Made by a program: the position numbers and the translations under genes
In this document: positions 10,453-20,225 of the stretch, in pieces
Layout: every line of letters begins with the position of its first letter
Numbering within the stretch: position 1 is the first letter of the stretch
Source of the DNA: Paramoeba atlantica
Taxonomy: Eukaryota > Protista > Discosea
Direction: 5' to 3'
Assembly (NCBI GenBank): GCA_977017575.1
Contig: CDRNVI010000042.1
Location: 119,756-183,755 of the forward strand
Length of the DNA: 64,000 nt
The notes under the pieces: model-generated
The model's database searches: none
Seen by the model: only the letters and a program-made list of their open reading frames with translations
Told to the model about the DNA's origin: nothing

Positions 10453-13400
10453 ATGACCACTTCGTATTTATTCAACAGCCAGAAGTTGGATTATCGGACG
10501 ATTGCTACAGAAGGAAGATCTTACCGAATATGGAGAACCTTGCAGGACGTCACTAAAAAACTGGAGAGAACTTTTAAAGCCCATTTTGAGAATGATTTTT
10601 CACTCGACATCGAGCTGCTAAATAAATTATGGGACGCTTGGAACAGTTTTACCAACGAATGTGAATCATGCGTAAGAGATGGTGACATTCATGGATTTCG
10701 ATGCCTCAGTGGTATTGCGAAAGGCTCCCTTCTGAAGATTAGCAATTCTAGCTTGGCAGTACTCCGCAGGGTGAATCAGAAGATGGACGAGACATTGGTT
10801 ATGCGTGTTTTGTCTGCTATCATTCAATGCGCCTCTCTATTCAGTAATTTGGACCTGGTTGATCGAACCACCCAAGCTTTTCAACTTAATGCCACAGAAA
10901 ACAATGAAGAGACATCTTCTGCCGCTGATTTTAATTTTGAGCGTGGAAGCCTACCCACCGGTCAACTGGGACCTCCAGCTGAATTAGCAGTGTTTCTTTT
11001 ACAGTGTGGAGAGATTATGTTGAAATTACGTGATCAAATTGATGATTCCGTAAAACCGGCATTGACACGTATTTTTACTGCGCAGCTTGCGGGTGAACTT
11101 AGCCATGGGGGACAGTGGAGACGATGGTGTGAGGCAGTCTCCTCCCACCCGGATCTTCGCGAGGAGCACTGTAGTCCCTGTTTGTCACTTCTTGCGATGT
11201 ATGACTACCTTAGATCGGAAGACAAAAAAGAAAAGGAATGGGACGAAACAATCCAGCGTATTATAAGCAACACTCTAACCTGTGATCTAGAGCTTTTTAA
11301 CTCTGTGCTTCCGGAGCTTGATTTAATTCTGGGCGGGGAAGAAAGTGAAAATAAGGAGCGCAAGAAAAAGATTGACGAAAAGTCTGCGACTTCGTGCACT
11401 TTCCTGACTGAACTTTTTAGAAATGCAGAACAAAAAGAGAATCGTGGAATTTTTAAGAAGATTTCTTACCAACGAATCTACATGGCTATTTCGGCGTGCT
11501 TAATACTCCACTACAAGGAGGAGTCCGAATCAACTTCCTTTAATAATTCGGAATCCCGCCCGAAAAGACCTAGAGTGGATGTGGCGAAAACCGAAGAAAA
11601 GGGAGATAGAGTGCTTTCCTCAGTGAATGCTATCTGTCTTTGGCTCGAGGTTTCTTATCATTTTTCGATGGATCTTCTGGCCCATTCCTTGATGCTTTGT
11701 GTATCTGAAGACTCATTGTTGATCTTTCCTACCGCTTCCATTGAAGATTTATTCCATCGAAAAATTAATCATATCTTGGACCAGTGCGTGATTCAAGAAA
11801 TGAAGAAAACAGAATTAAGGGTGCTGGAAACTCTTGAACACACAGACCCTGTCGTCTTAAAGGCAGGGCTTTGTATAGGCCAGTTGCATGCTACCGCGTT
11901 TTTTAAAGATCGCACTGGAAGTCGTGAAAAATTAGGAAAAGATGCCCCCTTTACAATGCTCATGCAACATTCAATACTCTGCCCGATTAATCAATTTGAC
12001 GATTTTCGTGCCTTATGGGAGACATTTATTTCCCGCGTTTGTTATCTCCATTACGAGAAGCGGTTCTTTCGTTCGTTTTACAAGGCGTGTTGTGCGCAGC
12101 CCCATGAGAAACTTCTAAACGCTTTTCATATTCTTGAGCAGTTGCTGCTGATATTCTTTCGAAATGCTAACTCGTCTAGTCAGAGTCTGACTACCTTTCT
12201 TGAGGACGTATGGCCTCCTGATTCTAATTTAATTTATGACGCAGAAGCTTTGACACCTGTACTATCGGCAAGCGCCTCCACCGATTTGAAGTGCGATTCT
12301 AATTCCTCAGCTGCAGTGTTTTCATGCCTGGTTTGCAATGCTGTCAGCGACTTGGCGCTCGGCTTAGAATCCTATCAATGGTCGGACCCTCCTCTATGGC
12401 TGGCGTTAGTGAAGGACAAATTTGAAGACACTCTGATTTCTTGTTTGCAGCATACGACGGTGAATCTCGAATTCGAAAGTATCTTTTGCGATATCTGCAA
12501 GACCAATACTGAAAATGTCAATCATATTCAGAGCAGATTGAATTTTTGCTTTCGAACGCTATATGGAATGAATCGATTGCGCTGCCTAACTCTTCGATTT
12601 TCCCAAGAGCACTCGAATGTGGATACATCTGCTCCCTTTAATATCAGGGTTCACGAACGTTTCCTTCAATTGTTTGTTCCGGATATACGCGTAGCAGAAC
12701 AAGTGGGAGGTTTATCAGATTTTTCAAAATTATTGTTAAAGAAATGCGGCACTGCTATCTTTAAAAAATGGGGCACGTGTGCAGCCCCGTGGTGGTGGCT
12801 CTGTAGCTTGACGTTAGACTACAGGCTCTTGCGCGCCTACAATGTGGACCACACAGACGCACCTGTAGTGTGTCAATTCTTACAACAGCTCGTTCAGTTT
12901 CTTCGTGAAAAGGTGACAGTATGCAAAGAAGGACGCTGCAGAGCAATTCAAGAATTATGTGATCTACTTAAAAGTCTAGATGAAATAATTTTTGGTGCCG
13001 ATCCCAACACCGTAGTAGAATCTATTTTTTGCAGCAGCGAACTCGTGGAAGATGAAGAGCAGCACATGGAAAATCAAGTTATTTCAAGTCTTTCGCGCCT
13101 TCCCCACATGTCAGTAGAACATTATGTAAGATGCGTAAAATGGATTCTGAATGGTGGCACTGATACATATATTTCAAAACACGCTAACAATGTGACAAAC
13201 GAATGCACAAAAGGTGGACTAACCTCGCTTCGTGATACTACGTTAGGTTTGATCGGTGCACTTTGCTCCTGTTCACAAGACACTTGCAAATCCTTGCATG
13301 CTGCATCGACATCCACTCGAGATGCAGAATTCAATCATTTCGTCGCAACAGATTATCAAAAATTGCTTAAAAAAATTCTAAACGATTCACCGAATACCAA

Positions 13401-15153
13401 AGCATCCAAATATCGCATAAATGATCACACTCATCTGCGTACAGACTACATAGATATATTCTTGAAACTTATACAACTCTCAGATTTACAATCTATTTGT
13501 GTTGCTGGGCGTGCCTTGATAGATTATATCAAGGATACTCCTTTGAGCTTGTCATCCCTTCAAGAAGACAAGAGTCTTGCTCTTCAGTTAACATGCGCTT
13601 TCTTCGAAGAGGCGACCCAAAAGGCAATCCAATCACGCTTTTCGAACTTGGAAACGTCGCCGTCTGCATTCCAAGACGAGGCCTTCGATACGCTCAAAAA
13701 TCTGTGCTTTGTATATTTGAACTCCACAAAGACGCTGATGCGAGCGGCTGTGAACAGTGCAATAGGGAAAGATGAAGCAATGCATTTTCTTACGAACGGC
13801 ACGCATGTGCTGCGATTGCTCAATCTGTTGATTAGAAGTGAAGACATTGACAAATTCGGGGATACACTCCCACGAATGCTGCTTCGATTTTGGAAAATTC
13901 ATCGTCGATTCGTTAACAAAACACGGGGTGAACGAGCGTGTGAACCTGAAAATCTTACGTCCTTCGCTATGGAATTGATAGCTCTGACGGATTATTTCAC
14001 AGCCAGCATGAACTCGGATGAATGGTGTACGCTATTTCAAAGTCGTATCACGGGTAAAGAGGAGTTTGCCCCATCAAGTAAGTACCACGGTCTGAACTCT
14101 AACGTGGTGCAATTCGTCTTGGATGAAACTACTTCAGATATGAACCCGAACGCATTGCCTACAATTTTAAGGGAAACCAGAGTTCTTCGCACCGTTGGCT
14201 CTGTGCGTCATTACTTTTTACAAAAATTACAGGACAGAATTCGTCGAATCGAGGTCGAAACTTGTCTTGAGACAGATGAGAAACGCTTGCTACACTTTCA
14301 GTACATCTTAGATATTTTTCGATCATTTTTAGTAACTCTGTCAAAACCATCGGTTCAGCTATCACAAATCTTCACCTCACTTTTATCAAAGGTGAGCATA
14401 CTTCTAACAGTGGAAACACGTAGTCAATCTGAAATTCTCAATAAAACTCTGCCAATCGTTTGTGAGGCTTTGGTCCGATCGAAACTTATATCTCTTTCAT
14501 GTGTAACCACTAGTCTATTGCTACGTGTTGTGGCGCAAGCAACGAGATCTACGTGCAAAATTTCGCTTCCCACGAAAGTCTTGCATAATATCCTTGTAGC
14601 ACATGGACAAAGCATATCCACCGCTGCATTTCCATTTCTTTTGCTCACCTATCGTAATGTTCTGAGAATGAGCTTTTCGTGCTTCATGGCGAAAAATGAA
14701 AATGTGAATGCAACGAAGTGCTCTGTAGAGAAGTTTGACGAGACAAGAAAAGTCGACACATCTAATACCACCAACACAACAACATTTCTTAGATCTCTGC
14801 GCTTGGTGCGTGAGTTCATTAAAGTTGATCTTTCTTTGTCCCAATCTCGTTCTTTGCTGAACACTATTTTTGATACACTTGGCTCCTGTACAGTGCCTAT
14901 TAATTCACTGTGCCTGAAGGAAGCCTACTTGGTTCTTCGTCCTCTTTTAGAAAAGCACCACAAGTCAGATAGCGAGATTCGAAGAGCACAAATCACAAAA
15001 TCAGATGCACAATCTAGCAAGGATGCCCAGAGAACTTTCTGCAATGATAATTATTTCATAGTTCCAAAGTACGATATCACACTTTGCTCATATCAATCCG
15101 ATATCGTGAAATCTATCATGCAGTTCCATATGCAGAGCCTGGGGATTCGTTAA
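10453..15153 (+). CDS. Large hypothetical protein, probably alpha-helical
   Basis: 1566-codon uninterrupted ORF on the cluster strand; no motif recognised. Confidence 0.85.
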   Translation: MTTSYLFNSQKLDYRTIATEGRSYRIWRTLQDVTKKLERTFKAHFENDFSLDIELLNKLWDAWNSFTNECESCVRDGDIHGFRCLSGIAKGSLLKISNSSLAVLRRVNQKMDETLVMRVLSAIIQCASLFSNLDLVDRTTQAFQLNATENNEETSSAADFNFERGSLPTGQLGPPAELAVFLLQCGEIMLKLRDQIDDSVKPALTRIFTAQLAGELSHGGQWRRWCEAVSSHPDLREEHCSPCLSLLAMYDYLRSEDKKEKEWDETIQRIISNTLTCDLELFNSVLPELDLILGGEESENKERKKKIDEKSATSCTFLTELFRNAEQKENRGIFKKISYQRIYMAISACLILHYKEESESTSFNNSESRPKRPRVDVAKTEEKGDRVLSSVNAICLWLEVSYHFSMDLLAHSLMLCVSEDSLLIFPTASIEDLFHRKINHILDQCVIQEMKKTELRVLETLEHTDPVVLKAGLCIGQLHATAFFKDRTGSREKLGKDAPFTMLMQHSILCPINQFDDFRALWETFISRVCYLHYEKRFFRSFYKACCAQPHEKLLNAFHILEQLLLIFFRNANSSSQSLTTFLEDVWPPDSNLIYDAEALTPVLSASASTDLKCDSNSSAAVFSCLVCNAVSDLALGLESYQWSDPPLWLALVKDKFEDTLISCLQHTTVNLEFESIFCDICKTNTENVNHIQSRLNFCFRTLYGMNRLRCLTLRFSQEHSNVDTSAPFNIRVHERFLQLFVPDIRVAEQVGGLSDFSKLLLKKCGTAIFKKWGTCAAPWWWLCSLTLDYRLLRAYNVDHTDAPVVCQFLQQLVQFLREKVTVCKEGRCRAIQELCDLLKSLDEIIFGADPNTVVESIFCSSELVEDEEQHMENQVISSLSRLPHMSVEHYVRCVKWILNGGTDTYISKHANNVTNECTKGGLTSLRDTTLGLIGALCSCSQDTCKSLHAASTSTRDAEFNHFVATDYQKLLKKILNDSPNTKASKYRINDHTHLRTDYIDIFLKLIQLSDLQSICVAGRALIDYIKDTPLSLSSLQEDKSLALQLTCAFFEEATQKAIQSRFSNLETSPSAFQDEAFDTLKNLCFVYLNSTKTLMRAAVNSAIGKDEAMHFLTNGTHVLRLLNLLIRSEDIDKFGDTLPRMLLRFWKIHRRFVNKTRGERACEPENLTSFAMELIALTDYFTASMNSDEWCTLFQSRITGKEEFAPSSKYHGLNSNVVQFVLDETTSDMNPNALPTILRETRVLRTVGSVRHYFLQKLQDRIRRIEVETCLETDEKRLLHFQYILDIFRSFLVTLSKPSVQLSQIFTSLLSKVSILLTVETRSQSEILNKTLPIVCEALVRSKLISLSCVTTSLLLRVVAQATRSTCKISLPTKVLHNILVAHGQSISTAAFPFLLLTYRNVLRMSFSCFMAKNENVNATKCSVEKFDETRKVDTSNTTNTTTFLRSLRLVREFIKVDLSLSQSRSLLNTIFDTLGSCTVPINSLCLKEAYLVLRPLLEKHHKSDSEIRRAQITKSDAQSSKDAQRTFCNDNYFIVPKYDITLCSYQSDIVKSIMQFHMQSLGIR

Positions 15154-15433
15154 TCGCATGTTTTATGTTTTCAGCCATCCAGTAGTTTCAGTCATCTTCA
15201 AACGTTTAAGCTTCGCAAACACGAGATGCCATTCCAGATCATCCTATGGATCACATCTGAATTTTATTTGACGACTTTTATATGACTTTCATTTGACGAA
15301 GTTTTATTGGTTTTATTCATACGTGTATATGTATGTACATTTATATTCATGAAAGGTTTGAGTGTGTATGAAAACATGAAACTCTCCCAAAAGGAGATAA
15401 TCCAAAGTTTTCCACTTTATCTTTATCCTACCT

Positions 15434-16315
15434 TTGACCCCATGCTCCTCTTCGACCTCTCCCCTAACTAATCCCTCCATGCGGCGTTGTCTTTCCCACT
15501 TGATCTCTCAAGCCGCTCCAAACGGGAAACCCAACTTCTGTATTCACTCCTCCTTCCCGACGCTTAATATAGAAATCCTGACCCTTCAATCCACTCACGC
15601 TATTCACATACTGAACGAGCAGATCTCGAGTGAAATGATTTCCGTATTGCGTCGTGCCCAGGAGAGCACAACTACTGATGTTGTGATCCTTACCTCCGAG
15701 GGGAAGTCTTTTATGGTGGGAGCAGATGTAAAAATGATGGCCAGCTGGAGATCTTCTTCTTCTTCCTCATTTCAGGAAAGCACTCTGGAGCCCTTTCGAG
15801 ATCTACAAGAGACCTTTTTAAATTTTCCAAAACCGCTGATCGCCGCTGTAAATGGATTTGCTCTAGGATGTGGCTGTGCGTTGGCTACGTTGTGTGATAT
15901 TGTGATGGCTTCTGAAAAAGCAGTGTTTGGGTTTCCGGAGGTTCGTCTAGGGCTGATTCCGTTCCTCGGCACCACGCAGAGACTCCCCCAGTTAATTGGG
16001 AAGACCCGAGCCATGGAGTGGATTCTCTCTGGGAAGTATTACTCGGCGACCGAAGCGGAACATGCAGGGCTTGTGTCGAGTGTACACCCTGTGGGGGATT
16101 TAACGACCAAAGCCGTGGAGCTCGCGACAACGATAGCCTCTCGTCCGGCATCGGCCGTGCGTCTGGCTAAAGAGGCGATGAGTTATGGCCATCAAGAGAG
16201 AGCGCTTCACGGTTTGAAATTTGAGCAAAGATGTTTCACTACTGCATTGCAGTCTGCTGAATCAAAAAAGGAGATGGAACGTTTAATCCAAGGCCTAGAT
16301 TCGCGCAATTCGTAG
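15434..16315 (+). CDS. Enoyl-CoA hydratase/isomerase (crotonase) family protein with altered active site; likely ATG near 15479
   Basis: FMVGAD, PLIAAVNGFALGCGCALA..CDI, FGFPEVRLGLIP..GTTQRL. Confidence 0.88.
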   Translation: MTPCSSSTSPLTNPSMRRCLSHLISQAAPNGKPNFCIHSSFPTLNIEILTLQSTHAIHILNEQISSEMISVLRRAQESTTTDVVILTSEGKSFMVGADVKMMASWRSSSSSSFQESTLEPFRDLQETFLNFPKPLIAAVNGFALGCGCALATLCDIVMASEKAVFGFPEVRLGLIPFLGTTQRLPQLIGKTRAMEWILSGKYYSATEAEHAGLVSSVHPVGDLTTKAVELATTIASRPASAVRLAKEAMSYGHQERALHGLKFEQRCFTTALQSAESKKEMERLIQGLDSRNS

Positions 16316-16507
16316 CCGAGTTCTACAGCTACGCAGTATTTCAAGTTTGGCGAACGCTACTTTGTAAGGAATTGCGCTCCGGATACCTTTTAAAGGGCAT
16401 ACATATTGCGAATACGCCCCAAAAGAATTTAACAAGCCATTGAGTAAAGCATAAATACTTTGACCAAAATACTTTTTGCGATTGTGACAAAAAAATAGGT
16501 CTTCAGT

Positions 16508-17602
16508 TTGTTTCTCGAACAGCTTTTCTTTCCCCTTTTTCCCATGTCTCAAGGCTTCACATTCACCCGGGCTTGGATTAACGGGCGCAAACTACGCTAC
16601 CCGGTCTACGGTATGGAGTACTCCAGCTTCCTCCCCCACTACAACATTTGGGCATGGAAACAAAGTGAACTGTACCGCCAGCTCTATGAGGCCCAGATGG
16701 AGCACCTGCGTCGGGTCTACCGCAGACAGTGGTATGAGTCCTACCGCACGAACGCAGATGAGTACATCAGTGTGTATTCCGTAACCAAAGCCGCACAATA
16801 TAAAAAGTGGAAGGCGGAGGTCATCCTAGAAGACGAAAAACGACGGAACGCTATGTGGAAACGAGCCGCCGCAGATTCCTTAAAACAGAAGCAAAACGAA
16901 ATGTGGCGCGAGTTCAGCGAGAAGCAGTTCTTTTACTGGTACGAGAGAGCCTCGGAACGACTGCAGCACATGAGTCAAATCAAGTGGATTGCTCGACCGC
17001 AACTCTCTACGCACATCCAGCAGGAGCTGCAGCGTTACGTCGCGCGGGATAACATGGGGAAGGACTCCTCGGAACATCGCTACCCGTTAAACTTTGTGGG
17101 ACAAATGCCGTTGCTGGAGGATTCAGAGGGGAATATTGTCGGCGTCCCTCACCATCTCGCGCCGTGGCATCATCTCCGAGAAAGAGACCTGCAACGAAAG
17201 AGCGATGCTGCAGACGAAACAACCTCGGGGGCGAAAAAATCAGAAATGGCACCCTCCTCTAAAGTGTTTTTCTATGGTCCTGAGGGAGACCGTTCGGAGA
17301 GCATGGCAGCGAAAACGGACAAGGACGCTATGTTTTCCGTAGATCCTCACTCGATTAGCAGTGAGCCAATGCGCTTCACGACGCAAAAGAGTGCTCCAGG
17401 GGAGGAAACGCGCTTTAAAGCTGAAGTTGAGGCCCAGGAGTCCATTGACGCTACTTTTGAAAATACTTCCGAAAGCAAAGCCGTAGAAAGATCTGCTGCT
17501 CAAATGCAAGAGGACAAGGAACGGCTTCGATTGCGCGAACGTGAAGGACTCTCACACAAAACCGCCTCGAAAATGACAAAGAAGAAAACAAATCCTAATT
17601 GA
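16508..17602 (+). CDS. Hypothetical coiled-coil protein rich in aromatic and basic residues; likely ATG at MSQGF (~16544)
   Basis: 364-codon ORF on the cluster strand with coding-like GC rise; family not recognised. Confidence 0.75.
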   Translation: MFLEQLFFPLFPMSQGFTFTRAWINGRKLRYPVYGMEYSSFLPHYNIWAWKQSELYRQLYEAQMEHLRRVYRRQWYESYRTNADEYISVYSVTKAAQYKKWKAEVILEDEKRRNAMWKRAAADSLKQKQNEMWREFSEKQFFYWYERASERLQHMSQIKWIARPQLSTHIQQELQRYVARDNMGKDSSEHRYPLNFVGQMPLLEDSEGNIVGVPHHLAPWHHLRERDLQRKSDAADETTSGAKKSEMAPSSKVFFYGPEGDRSESMAAKTDKDAMFSVDPHSISSEPMRFTTQKSAPGEETRFKAEVEAQESIDATFENTSESKAVERSAAQMQEDKERLRLREREGLSHKTASKMTKKKTNPN

Positions 17603-18191
17603 TGTAGTCAGAAGCTCTGACACTGCTTTGCTAACATTCTACTAAGTTTTCTTGGAGCTTCCAAGAGAGTACCAAGAGAATGGTAGTCCTTCCTTAATGT
17701 TCGAATTACCGTATTCGCAGGATCGCCTTATCTAGTCCTCGCAATAGAGTACAGAGGATACAGAATTGTGAACATGTTACGGCTTCTAAATATCAATCTC
17801 ATGGTACACCACGATATTAAGAGGTTTCACGTATCAGTATTAGATGTGACCACTTTTCGCACCCCGAGACATTCCCTTAGATAGCATTTCCTCTCCATTA
17901 CCCACGTTTCGGCAGAATGCTGGACAACGCGAGAATGAAAGGCGCAACCTTTAGTACCCACCTTTAGTACCTTTCCGGGAAAGTCTAGAGCTACACAAAA
18001 GAGTTCGTCGGTCTTGTGACGTAGACTTTCTAAGTCAAAAGTGTAAGTCACGGCCATTTCAACGCGAAGCAAGTAGCTTTGTCTTTGCGGTTGACGACGA
18101 TCATGTTTAACAAAGCCTATAGTTTATTACGATATTATGATTCGTGAACAGCTGCGCAATACAGCGCGTTCAATTTTTATAGGTTCAGTTC

Positions 18192-19073
18192 TTGCTTATT
18201 GTATTAAAAATGTCCGAGAACGTGGATGAAGAAACGGCATCAAGCAGGTCATCGCTGCGAGATGGTGAAACGAAGCTTAACCCCAAGAAACTACTTTCCC
18301 GGGAAGAATTTTACACACTCTATCAGCAGCAGAAGAAACATTTACTAGCGACTTCTTCGGGGAATGAGAATGTACTTTCATGTTCTGATTCTCTCAAATC
18401 TGAATCCTCCAACACTTTGTCGAGACCCCATCGCAATCTCTCAGCTGTGGCCGCAGCGGCGATGGCACGTGCAGAACGTCAACGAAATCAGTCCGGTGCA
18501 CAACAAAATGCGGATCAAGCCACAGAATGCGACGAAGAATCATCCCGGGATCATTCCGAAACCGTTCCGAACTCATCTGAAGTGATTCGGGACCTAAAGA
18601 ACGATTCTCCAGCCATGCCACAGGAAATTTCAGAACTTATCGAAGAAAACAGCGAGGGACGAATGCACATGGAGGACAGCGCGGCGCCAGGGTTTCAATT
18701 TATTGCTGTTATCCGTCTTTCGCATGAATTTCGATTATTGCTTCTTAACGTTATTAAATGTGCTTTCCTTAGTGCGTTAGTCACTCGAGGACTTTCATCT
18801 CGTACGCTTCTCGTTTTTTTCTTATTGATTGCGTCCAGTGTATTGCGGTATTTTTCGAGTTTTATCGTTACGCGACAACCAGACAGGAACGCGCGAACAA
18901 CAAGCGCTGTCCGTTCTGGTGAGAATGCTCCACCTGTTCCCATATCCCGGGTAGCTTATGTATCACTCATCTGTTGTCGCACCCTTACTTTCTTATGGCA
19001 AATATTATTCACGTTTCTGTGTTCTCTTTACCCTGGTTGGAGAATAGAGACGTTAGAAAGCGTGGAATCATAA
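18192..19073 (+). CDS. Hypothetical membrane protein (disordered N-terminus, hydrophobic C-terminal segments; weak HERP-like C-terminus TFLCSLYPGW)
   Basis: 293-codon ORF with hydrophobic stretches in the C-terminal third; HERP resemblance is weak. Confidence 0.65.
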   Translation: MLIVLKMSENVDEETASSRSSLRDGETKLNPKKLLSREEFYTLYQQQKKHLLATSSGNENVLSCSDSLKSESSNTLSRPHRNLSAVAAAAMARAERQRNQSGAQQNADQATECDEESSRDHSETVPNSSEVIRDLKNDSPAMPQEISELIEENSEGRMHMEDSAAPGFQFIAVIRLSHEFRLLLLNVIKCAFLSALVTRGLSSRTLLVFFLLIASSVLRYFSSFIVTRQPDRNARTTSAVRSGENAPPVPISRVAYVSLICCRTLTFLWQILFTFLCSLYPGWRIETLESVES

Positions 19074-19430
19074 ATAGTAGGGTTACATTCATAAATTCAA
19101 AATTTAATTGCCGCTTAAATGAAAAACGCGAATTTTTGAATATCTTGCACATTTTTGCTATGTTTTTCTCCTACCCAAACTATTTTTTGGACGAGGAATT
19201 AGGGATCACGCGAACTGCATGATGAATGTCTGCATAAAGTAGGAGACCATATTCTTTACCCGCTTAATTTTATAATGCGGTTACTTAGAGGCGGCGTATC
19301 ACAATTTTCAAAGTTGAATCCTTTTTAAATGCCATGATAAACAGGTATTTCATTGTTTACGCCAATCCTTTTGCAAACTGCTTAAAAATTTCCTAATCAT
19401 AACCTAATCATAACCTACCCATAACATTCA

Positions 19431-19829
19431 ATGCCTCCTAAGCAAAAAGCAGACCATGTTGTGTTGCATAAGTACGAAGGAATGATCAGCGAACATCGCG
19501 CTCTCATGGCCAAAGTAGCCGAAGTCGATGCTGAGAAAAATCAAACCGAAATGACACTAGAAGCGCTACGTAACATGGAGGCAGAACGACGCTGTCACCG
19601 ACTGGTTGAAGGAATTTTGATCGAAGGAACGGCTCGGGATACGATACCAGAGTTGGAGGACGCGACTACCCAAATGGAGCGTCTTTTAAAAATTTTACAA
19701 GAACAGCTGGAAAGAAAATCACAAGCTTTGCGAGAATATGCTGCGGAGCACAACTTAGAAGAGCGTCTGGGATCAAATAATGTGCAGAAAGATGAGACCA
19801 GTACTTCAACTCCTGGAGTGCTTGCGTAG
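19431..19829 (+). CDS. PFDN2: Prefoldin subunit 2
   Basis: RRCHRLVEGILIEGTARDTIPEL matches the PFDN2 hairpin (RKCFRMVGGVLVERTVKEVLP), flanked by coiled coils. Confidence 0.85.
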   Translation: MPPKQKADHVVLHKYEGMISEHRALMAKVAEVDAEKNQTEMTLEALRNMEAERRCHRLVEGILIEGTARDTIPELEDATTQMERLLKILQEQLERKSQALREYAAEHNLEERLGSNNVQKDETSTSTPGVLA

Positions 19830-20225
19830 TGTTTTAGCGGCGTAAAGGGATGAAGGCGTGCCCATGCCCTAAGCAGACGCACTCATATTCCATGTTTTCC
19901 GTGTCATGCCTTCTGCCACGTGTTTGAGTCGACTACCTTGCACCATGTATTCATTGCAGAAACCCGCACTTCGAAAGTTCTTTTATTTAGAGAAAAAATA
20001 ATCTTAAGGAGTATACAAGAGAACCCACGAGCATACACGATATACTGGACTAACTAAAAACTCTAAAGGACGCGACAAATACATTAAGGAGAAAAGATTA
20101 CATTGGATGTAGTACTAGTCCACATCCATGTATCGTCAAAGAGTGTATTTTTCTGCATCGCATTGTCACTTCTCTTTCCCTTTTAATCCCTATTCCTCAA
20201 TGCTCACGCAAATCTTCGATATTAA

